Origin: Octopus sinensis
Taxonomy: Eukaryota
Direction: 5' to 3'
Assembly (NCBI RefSeq): GCF_006345805.1
Contig: NW_021827452.1
Location: forward strand, 1 to 9,734
DNA length: 9,734 nucleotides
Shown here: in pieces, positions 1 to 7,754 of the stretch
How the letters are laid out: each line of letters opens with the position of its first letter
Position numbering within the stretch: position 1 is the stretch's first letter
Position numbers and translations under genes: made by a program
The notes under the pieces: generated by a model
What the model was told of the DNA's origin: nothing
The model's input: only the letters and a program-made list of their open reading frames with translations
Databases searched by the model: none

Positions 1-404
1 TATACCTATTACCTATCGTTCTTCAAAGTTTGGTTCAGTTTAAAATATTAATCACAGGAGTGTATAATTCTTCTTACGAAACATTTGTTTCTTTCGCTGT
101 TTGTCTTTATTTTCTGTTGCCATTTCTATGCAAGGCGTGTTGTTATCTCAGACTAAGTATTTATAATTGGGTTATTTTGGGACTAATTCTGTTCTCGTGG
201 GTTTTAATTCTAACTTCATTTATCTGTTTTCTCGGTATTTTTAACATTAATGGTTAGTTTTCTTGTATAAGGAGAGAGGGTCATCTTTGTGTGGTGAAAT
301 TGTGTGTTCAAACATAATTTGTTGTGTCTTGGGAAGGTCATTATGCCATCAATAAACACATGCACTGTTTCTATTTCACTTCTTTATTATTTATTTGTCA
401 ATTT

Positions 405-612
405 AAGGGGGTGGACTAGCAGAATTATTATCAAGCCGGACAGAATTCTTGCCGGCACTTCGTCCATTGTTACATTCTGATTTCAAGTTTGGCCGGGGGT
501 CAATCTTGCTAATCATACTCTTTGATCGATAAAGTAACTATTGGTTGAATACTGGGATAGATATATTCGATTTCCCCCACAGAAGATTTCCAGCCTTGTG
601 TTTATGGCAGGA
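405..612 (+). mobile_element. Old, diverged copy of SINE family A (same family as the 6.05-7.75 kb cluster)
   Basis: Colinear but degraded similarity to copy 7530-7746: AAGGGGGTGGACTAGCAGAATT ~ AAGGCGGTGAGCTGGCAGAATT; TTACATTCTGATTTCAAG ~ TTACATTCTGAGTTCAAA; CCAGCCTTGTG ~ CCAGGCCTTGTG (tail of 6254-6427). Confidence 0.65.
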
Positions 613-635
613 AAGGATTATTTATAGAAACATTC

Positions 636-636
<1 letters not shown>

Positions 637-666
<30 letters not shown>

Positions 667-724
667 CATACATACATACATACATACAGACATACATACA
701 TATGCTTGTATGTGTATGTGTGCC

Positions 725-789
<65 letters not shown>
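637..789. repeat. Compound microsatellite: (TACA)n, then TG/TA mix, then (TA)n
   Basis: Read directly: TACA repeats at 637-702 and a TA run at about 725-789. Confidence 0.95.
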
Positions 790-1156
790 AACACTCTGAA
801 ACCCCATACACAAAACAAGATATTCAAGAAAATAAGTAATATCGAACAAATTACGAGGGTGGTGACAGCGACTAGAGACAGCTCTGTTAGAACAAACATA
901 TTTTATGTAAGCAAAAAAAATCCCATCCTCATCTGCTGAATCGGAGTTTTTCATAGTTTTGACACCAATAGACAGTACCACTTATTAATGTAAAAGTGGG
1001 TTGAGCTTTTATGCATATGCGTGTTAATATCTTAGTTAATTATACCCAATAGAAATGCTTTAACCGATATAATAATACCTGAGGTTGTCTTCAAGATGAT
1101 CTTACATGCCACACCGATATATACACACTTACGCAGAAATAATGAACACGGAGAAA

Positions 1157-1255
1157 ACTGCTGCCACTACTAGAGCTGCTACAGATGCTACGGCTGTTAC
1201 TGCTATTAATGCTGCTACTATTTTTACAACTGCTGCTGTTGCTGCTACTACAACA
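1157..1255. repeat. Degenerate (GCT/ACT)n triplet repeat
   Basis: ACTGCTGCCACTACT...GCTGCTGTTGCTGCTACTAC; same polarity as the larger array downstream. Confidence 0.65.
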
Positions 1256-1659
1256 AGAAGATCAGCTACAAGAAATATCTAAGAAGCCACAATCATCACA
1301 AATTCTACCAGCACACAACGAAAGGAAGAAACATCACCACCATACTGCCACAACCAACACCAACGTCTTATCACTTTAAAAAAAGAATATTGTGATATCA
1401 CGGGACAACTTCAATAACCAGGAGCACTACTTCCCTAATTGTCATCAAATGATGTCTTTATAGATTAAAACGCCCCAACCATGGCAACCGTTAATCGAAA
1501 AATCCGAAGCTACACCGTATTAGCGAAGTTATTCTAACTACGTCATTCAGAGCACAAGGTGGACGGATAACAGAAGAACAGCTGCCATCATCATAAATTC
1601 TTTCACACAACAATGACTGACTAAGACCACCACCACCACTATGACTTTATACTATGCAT

Positions 1660-1744
1660 ATTGCTGCTGCTGCTACTACTACTACTACTATTGCTACTAC
1701 TACTACTACTACTACCACTACTACTACTACTATTGCTGCTGCTG

Positions 1745-1779
<35 letters not shown>

Positions 1780-1825
1780 GCTGCTGCTACTACTACTATT
1801 GCTGCTGCTATTACTACTACTACTG

Positions 1826-1878
<53 letters not shown>

Positions 1879-2100
1879 GCTGCTATTACTACTACTACTG
1901 CTACTACTACTACTGCTATTACTGCTCCTACTACTGCTACTACTATTGCTACTATTACTACTACTACTATTGTTGCTGCTACTACAACTATCACTAATGG
2001 TAATAATATTCTTACAACTAATACTACTACAACTACTACAGACGACCATCACCATTACTACTACAACTACGACTGCTGCTACTATTACTAGTACTACTAC
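1660..2100. repeat. (ACT)n/(GCT)n trinucleotide microsatellite
   Basis: Long near-pure ACT runs interspersed with GCT and ATT. It produces the poly-T, poly-L, poly-Y, poly-S and poly-V ORFs. Confidence 0.95.
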
Positions 2101-2497
2101 TGCTAGTAGCATCACCAAGCCTGTCATTACCACTTCCATCATTAAGCCTTGTCCTACCACCACCACCCTTACTACCACCGTAGCCATATCGTTGTACGAC
2201 TTCCACAACTACCACCACCAACATCGAAGCACCGCTACCGCCGCCACCGCCAATACCACCATTAAAGATAAACAGCGCCGCCACCACCGCTGCCACCAAG
2301 ACCAGTACCATCAAGACATTATAACAATGTCTACTATAACCACCACCACCACCATATCCTCACCACCTCGACCACTACCATCTCCACCACCACCGCCACT
2401 GTCACCACCAAGACCATCAAGACCACTATGTCCACTGACAGCAACACCACTGTTAAAACCTGCACCACCAATACCACTACCACCACCACCACCAATA
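2101..2497. repeat. Degenerate (ACC)n triplet array, left of the SINE
   Basis: ACC/ACA/ATC/GCC-rich low-complexity sequence. Confidence 0.8.
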
Positions 2498-2889
2498 TGG
2501 AATGGAAGCACTCCGTCAGTTACGACGATGAGGGTTCCAGTTGATCCGAATCAACGGAACAGCCTGCTCGTGAAATTAACGTGTAAGTGGCTGAGCACTC
2601 CACAGACACGTGAACCCTTAACGTAGTTCTCGGGATATTCAGCGTGACACAGAGAGTGACAAGGCCGCCCCTTGAAATACAGTACAACAGAAACAGGAAG
2701 TAAGAGTGAAAGAAGTTGGTGGTGAAAGAGGACAGCAGGGATCACCACCATCCCCTGCCGGAGCCTCGTGGAGCTTTTTAGGTGTTTTCGCTCAATAAAC
2801 ACTCACTACGCCCGGTCTGGGAATCGAAACCGCGATCCTATGACCGCGAGTCCGCTGCCCTAACCACTGGGCCATTGCGCCTCCACTTA
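2498..2889 (-). mobile_element. tRNA-derived SINE (family B), near full length, about 390 bp
   Basis: The minus strand begins GTGGAGGCGCAATGGCCCAGTGGTTAGGGCAGCGGACTCGCGG. A box TGGCCCAGTGG at 2864-2874; B box GGTTTCGATTCC at 2820-2831. The 5' part is homologous to 7755-7940. The 3' end reads ...GACGGAGTGC(TTCCA)2. Possible TSD ACCACCAATA at 2488-2497 and 2890-2899. Confidence 0.9.
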
Positions 2890-3384
2890 ACCACCAATAA
2901 CAACAACTATAACACTACCACCAACACCACCACTAACACCACCGCCGCCACCGCCTCTCCCACTGTAACAACCGAGTTCACTAAGACCTCTATGTCTACT
3001 ACCACCAACACCGGCGTTAAAACCACCACCACAACAACAACACTACCACTACTTCAACAACATCGAAATCCAGCACCATCATCATCACTAGAACCAACTC
3101 TTCAGCTGTGTTGCTACATCGTCTGTTATCACTACTACCATCACCACCACAACTACTACCGATACCACCATCGCCAAATACCACCACCACAACAACTAAA
3201 TCCAATAGCTTCAACTATTTTACTTCGTTGTCTATTATAACTACCACCATCACAACCACCACCGTCACCATCATCATCCCCAATCACCATCACCATCACC
3301 ACAACCACCATCACCACAGCCACCATCACCATCACTACAACCACCGGCATCACCACAACCACAATCAACACCACAGCCACCACC
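2890..3384. repeat. Degenerate (ACC/ACA/ATC)n triplet array, right of the SINE
   Basis: Same composition and polarity as 2101-2497. Confidence 0.8.
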
Positions 3385-5005
3385 ACCACCACCATCACCA
3401 CAACTACCACCACCGCCTTCACCATCACCGAAAACGCCACCACCTAGAACAACCCCTACCACAACCGCAACATCCACCACTGCCACCACCACCATCACCA
3501 GAACCACCACCACAACCACCGCTGACACCTTCACCACTACCATCACAACAACCACTGACATCATCACCAACACTACCACCACAACCACCACCATCACCAC
3601 AACTACCACCACCGCCTTCACCATCACCGAAAACGCCACCACCTAGAACAACCCCTACCACCACCGCAACATCCACCACTGCCACCACCACCATCACCAG
3701 AACCACCACCACAACCACCGCTGCCACCTTCACCACTACCATCACAACAACCACTGACATCATCACCAACACTACCACCACAACCACCACCATCACCACC
3801 ATCACCACAACTACCACCACCGCCTTCACCATCACCGAAAACGCCACCACCTAGAACAACCCCTACCACCACCGCAACATCCACCACTGCCACCACCACC
3901 ATCACCAGAACCACCACCACAACCACCGCTGCCACCTTCACCACTACCATCACAACAACCACTGACATCATCACCAACACTACCACCACAACCACCACCA
4001 TCACCACCATCACCACAACTACCACCACCGCCTTCACCATCACCGCAAATTCCACCACTTAGAACAAACCACCCCTACCCCACCGCAACCACCACTGCCA
4101 CCACCACCATCACCAGAACCACCACCACAACCACCGCTGCCACCTTCACCACTACCATCGAAACAACCACTGACATCATCACCAACACTACCACCACAAC
4201 CACCACCATCACCACCATCACCACAACTACCACCACCGCCTTCACCATCACCGAAAACGCCACCACCTAGAACAACCCCTACCACCACACCCACCGCAAC
4301 ATCCACCACTGCACCACCACCACCACCACCGCTGCCACCTTCACCACTACCATCACAACAACCACTGACATCATCACCAACACTACCACCACAACCACCA
4401 CCATCACCACCATCACCACAACTACCACCACCGCCTTCACCATCACCGAAAACGCCACCACCTAGAACAACCCCTACCACCACCGCAACATCCACCACTG
4501 CCACCACACCATCACCAGAACCACCACACCACAACCACCGCTGCCACCTTCACCACTACCATACACACCACTGACATCATCACCAAACACTACACCACAA
4601 CCACCACCATCACCACCATCACCACAACTACCACCACCGCCTTCACCATCACCGAAAACGCCACCACCTAGAACAACCCCTACCACCACCGCAACATCCA
4701 CCACTGCCACCACCACCATCACCAGAACCACCACCACAACCACCGCTGCCACCTTCACCACTACCATCACAACAACCACTGACATCATCACCAACACTAC
4801 CACCACAACCACCACCATCACCACCATCACCACAACTACCACCACCGCCTTCACCATCACCGAAAACGCCACCACCTAGAACAACCCCTACCACAACCGC
4901 AACATCCACCACTGCCACCACCACCACAACCACCGCTGCCACCTTCACCACTACCATCGAAACAACCACTGACATCATCACCAACACTACCACCACCACC
5001 ACCAC
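3385..5005. repeat. Minisatellite with a unit of about 208 bp, built from ACC-like triplets; 7 full units plus partial flanking units
   Basis: The landmark GAAAACGCCACCACC-TAG-AACAACCCCTACC (variant in the 4060 copy) recurs with TAG starting at 3445, 3644, 3852, 4060, 4268, 4463, 4669 and 4877. Spacings are 199, 208, 208, 208, 195, 206 and 208. Confidence 0.95.
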
Positions 5006-5370
5006 CACCACCAGAGCCATTACTAACGAATCTTCTATATTATCTATTATGACCACCTCCACCGCCACTGCGGCCACCATCCCAGAGCGCCGCGTCCATT
5101 ACATCACCGCCACCACCATCACCGTCACCACCACAACCACCAACACTTCGGCCAATATGTCCACTACAGTGTCCGTTGTAACATTGTTTACTCAAACAAT
5201 ACACTGGTCAGTTATGGTGTGCAACAACGAAAGGAAACAACGGACAATGCACAGCGAAACCATGAAACAACGTTTGGCCAAAACAAAAGCAGAATCTATG
5301 ACAAAACCGTCATCAAATCAACTCGTTTATGGCTGATTCCACGGATTTTATTGCGGCCGTAACGGCCCTT

Positions 5371-5424
5371 GGTAGTGGTGGTGGTGGTGGTGGTGGTGTG
5401 GGTGATGTTTGTTGTTGTTGTGGC
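5371..5424. repeat. (GGT)n/(GTT)n tract, opposite polarity to the ACC array
   Basis: GGTAGTGGTGGTGGTGGTGGTGGTGGTG...GTTGTTGTTGTGG. Confidence 0.85.
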
Positions 5425-5476
5425 TTCTGATAGTAATGAATATTGGTATTCGTTTTCGTTCTAAGAGACCAATTAC

Positions 5477-5574
5477 ACACACACACACATATATATATAT
5501 GTATGTATATATGTAAATATATATGTATGTATATATATTTATATGTATATCTACCTGAATATATGACTATATAT

Positions 5575-5619
<45 letters not shown>

Positions 5620-5826
5620 GAGAGAGAGATAGAGAGAGAGAGAAAGAGAGAGAGACCAAGGTATAAATATGATGCACATACAGACATACACACACCCATG
5701 GTATATATATATATATATGTATATGTCTGTATGTGTGCGTGTGTGTTTGTGTATGTGTATTATATATATATATATATATATGTGCATGTGTGTGTATTAT
5801 ATGTTTCTGTGTGTGTGTGTGTGTGA
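5477..5826. repeat. Compound dinucleotide microsatellite cluster: (CA)n, (TA)n, (GA)n, (TG)n
   Basis: Read directly. Confidence 0.95.
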
Positions 5827-6003
5827 AGATATATACATATATTTCTGATGGATTGACGGAGATATTAATGTCCCGAGAAAAATGTTTTGCACTATAAATT
5901 CTGGCACACCCTAAGTTCCATTCCCGCAGCCGTGGTCACTACTGCTATTCGTCCTCTTTGTGGTTGATAAATATTAATGCCAATCCATTATAAATAACGA
6001 TTT

Positions 6004-6030
6004 TCATCATCATCATCATCATCATCATCA
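6004..6030. repeat. (TCA)9 microsatellite
   Basis: Read directly. Confidence 0.95.
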
Positions 6031-6048
6031 TTTATGATTATTGTTAAT

Positions 6049-6427
6049 CGGAGACGAAATCTTTAGCGGTATTTCGTCTGCCGTTACGTTCTGAGTTCAA
6101 ATTCCGCCGAGGTCGACTTTGCCTTTCATCCTTTCGGGGTCGATAAATTAAGTACCAGTTACGCACTGGGGTCGATGTAATCGACTTAATACCTATGTCT
6201 GTCCTTGTTTGTCCCCTCTGTGTTTAGCCCCTTGTGGGTAATAAAAAAAAATAGGTATTTCGTGTACCAATACGTTCTGAGTTCAAATTCCGCCGACGTC
6301 GACTTCACCTTTTATCCTTTCTGGGTCAGTGAAATACGTACCCGTTACGCACTGGACTCGATATAATCGACTTTCCCCCTTCCCCAAACATTTTCCAGGC
6401 CTTGTGCCTAGAGTAGAAATAAATATT
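6049..6427 (+). mobile_element. SINE family A dimer, 5'-truncated (monomer 1: 6049-6253; headless monomer 2: 6254-6427)
   Basis: The core GTTCTGAGTTCAAATTCCGCCGA..GTCGAC occurs twice. The junction AAATA|GGTATTTC and the tail CCTTGTGCCTAGAGTAGAAA match the minus-strand dimer at 6801-7203. Confidence 0.9.
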
Positions 6428-6647
6428 AAGAAGGCAAGCTGGTAGAATCGTTAGTACGCCGGGCAGAATACCTCGCGGCATTTCGTCTGTCTTCGTGTTC
6501 TGAGTTCAAATTCTGCCGAGGTCGACTTTGCCTTTCATCCTTTCGGGGTCGATGAGTTAAGTACCAGCTGAACACTGGTGTCCATCAAATTACCTTATCC
6601 CCTTCTCCGAAATTACTAACCTTGAACCGAAATTTCAAATAATTATT
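6428..6647 (+). mobile_element. SINE family A monomer, full length
   Basis: Head AAGAAGGCAAGCTGGTAGAATCGTTAG, B-box-like GAGTTCAAATTC, core GGTCGACTTTGCCTTTCATCCTTTCGGGGTCGAT, and AT-rich tail AAATAATTATT. Confidence 0.9.
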
Positions 6648-6800
6648 AAGGGACATACTCAACTGGTTACGGTCAAGCTGTAGTACTGGGCAGAATATTT
6701 GCTGTATCCATCATTTATATGAAAGCAAAAGATGTACATGTTAACCCTTCTAGTTAGTTAAGATCAAAAACCCTGAGAGCCACTGCCTAGTACTGCGTCG
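6648..6800 (-). repeat. Probable fragment of another dispersed octopus repeat
   Basis: The minus strand (CAGTACTAGGCAGTGGCTCTC...CAGCAAATATTCTGC...AACCAGTTGAGTATGTCCCTT) resembles an interspersed repeat I recall from octopus genomes. This is from memory only and is not verifiable within the window. Confidence 0.4.
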
Positions 6801-7203
6801 TAATACTTTTCTACTCTAGGCACAAGGCCCGAGATTTTGGGGGACAGGGTCAGTCGATTACATCGACCCCAGTGCGCAATTAGTGCTTAATTTTTCGACC
6901 CCGAAAGTATGAAAGGCAAAGTCGACCTCGGCGGAATTTGAACTCAGAACACAAAGACAAAAGAAATACCTATTTCTTTACTACCCACAAGGGGCTAAAC
7001 ACGGAAAGGACAAACAAGGACAGATAAACGGATTAAGTTGATTATATCGACACAAGTGCATAACAGGCACTTATTTAATCGACCCCGAAAGGATGAAAGG
7101 CAAAGTCGACCCCGGCGGAATTTGAACTCAGAACGTAACGGCAGACGAAATACCGCAAAGCATTTCGCCCAGCGCGCTAACGTTTCTGCCAGCTCGCCGC
7201 CTT
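6801..7203 (-). mobile_element. SINE family A dimer, full length (monomer 1: 7203-6971; headless monomer 2: 6970-6801)
   Basis: The minus strand starts AAGGCGGCGAGCTGGCAGAAACGTTAGC, has two cores, the junction AAAGAAATA|GGTATTTC, and ends GTGCCTAGAGTAGAAAAGTATTA. Confidence 0.92.
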
Positions 7204-7270
7204 AAAGACAGAAGAAATACCGCCAAGCATTTCGCCTGGCGTGCTAACATTTCTGACAGCTCACCGCCTT
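7204..7270 (-). mobile_element. SINE family A head-only fragment
   Basis: The minus strand reads AAGGCGGTGAGCTGTCAGAAATGTTAGCACGCCAGGCGAAATGCTTGGCGGTATTTCTTCTGTCTTT and then abuts the start of the dimer. Confidence 0.88.
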
Positions 7271-7320
7271 CTGGTACTGCATCGTAATTATCAGTAGTCC
7301 TAAGGTAACTGATTCCCCAA

Positions 7321-7357
7321 GACACCTGATGAAGGCTGGAGGGTATATCAGTCGAAA
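7321..7357 (+). ncRNA. 3'-truncated hammerhead ribozyme motif of Penelope-like-element type
   Basis: CTGATGA (7326-7332), one extra A, stem II GGCTG/CAGTC (7334-7338 with 7349-7353, one G-U pair), then GAAA (7354-7357). No downstream partner for the stem I strand GACAC. Confidence 0.55.
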
Positions 7358-7365
7358 AACTCATC

Positions 7366-7518
7366 GCGTTCTGAGTTCAAACATCGCTGGAGCCGACTTG
7401 GCATTTTCTCATTTCGGGGTCGACCAAATTAAGTACAATTTGAGCACTGGGGTCGCTGTGATCGACTTACTTCTCGCCCGAAATTCCTGGCCTTCTGCCA
7501 AAATTTGAAATCAGTATT
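7366..7518 (+). mobile_element. SINE family A body without head, diverged
   Basis: Starts at GCGTTCTGAGTTCAAA, contains TTTCGGGGTCGAC and CACTGGGGTCG, and has the tail CCCGAAATTCCTGGCCTT..GCCAAAATTTGAAATCAGTATT, as in 7530-7746. Confidence 0.85.
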
Positions 7519-7529
7519 CTATAGAATGT

Positions 7530-7746
7530 AAGGCGGTGAGCTGGCAGAATTGTTAGGACGCCAGACAAAATGCTTAGTGGAATTTCCTCCGTCTTTACAT
7601 TCTGAGTTCAAATTCCGCCGAGGTCGACTTTGCCTTTCATCCTTTCTGGTCGTTAAGATATGTACTAGCTGAACACTGGATCGATGTAATCGACTTATCT
7701 CTGACCCGAAATTCCTGGCCTTGGGCCAAAATTTGAAATCAATATT
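7530..7746 (+). mobile_element. SINE family A monomer, full length
   Basis: Head AAGGCGGTGAGCTGGCAG, A-box-like TGGCAGAATTG (7542-7552), B-box-like GAGTTCAAATTCC (7604-7616), core, and tail AAATTTGAAATCAATATT. Confidence 0.92.
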
Positions 7747-7754
7747 CTGTTGAA

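Noticed and set aside
52-63. TCACAGGAGTGT identical to 8123-8134 (hammerhead stem II region)
   Set aside because: A 12-mer match is expected by chance in about 10 kb, the flanks do not align, and no hammerhead core is present.
1-300. Possible decayed retroelement ORF on the minus strand, and the 75-aa hydrophobic plus-strand ORF 30-257
   Set aside because: All minus frames have multiple stops with no convincing motif, and the plus ORF is explained by T-rich composition and has no ATG start.
545-981. ORFs rich in YI/HT/CM
   Set aside because: These are translations of (TACA)n and (TA)n microsatellites.
1639-2626. Long poly-L, poly-T, poly-Y, poly-S and poly-V ORFs (e.g. 1661-2626, 321 aa)
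   Set aside because: Stop-free frames of an (ACT)n/(ACC)n repeat, open in several frames at once; 1661-2626 also runs into SINE sequence.
2809-2884. tRNA gene (Arg-like) on the minus strand; likewise 7755-7830, 9020-9090 and 9433-9496
   Set aside because: A and B boxes are present, but the acceptor, anticodon and T stems do not pair, and the sequence (except the truncated 9433 fragment) continues into SINE bodies.
3385-5005. CRISPR-like array
   Set aside because: The whole unit is repeated; there are no unique spacers, and the context is eukaryotic.
3108-5080. His/Pro/Thr-rich plus-strand ORF and repeated Val/Gly-rich minus-strand ORFs as real genes
   Set aside because: They are frame-cycling products of the 208-bp unit, with no credible start context or domain.
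5200-5265. Peptide GQLWCATT resembling a fibronectin type II motif
   Set aside because: Only about 6 residues match, the frame is bounded by nearby stops, and the remaining FN2 Cys/aromatic spacing is absent.
5675-5735. 14-bp inverted repeat CACATACAGACATA / TATGTCTGTATGTG
   Set aside because: Expected from adjacent CA-rich and TG-rich microsatellites around a TA run.
5910-5975. Possible splice acceptor (TTCCCGCAG) followed by a short hydrophobic peptide PWSLLLFVLFVV
   Set aside because: No supporting upstream exon or expression evidence, and such motifs are common by chance.
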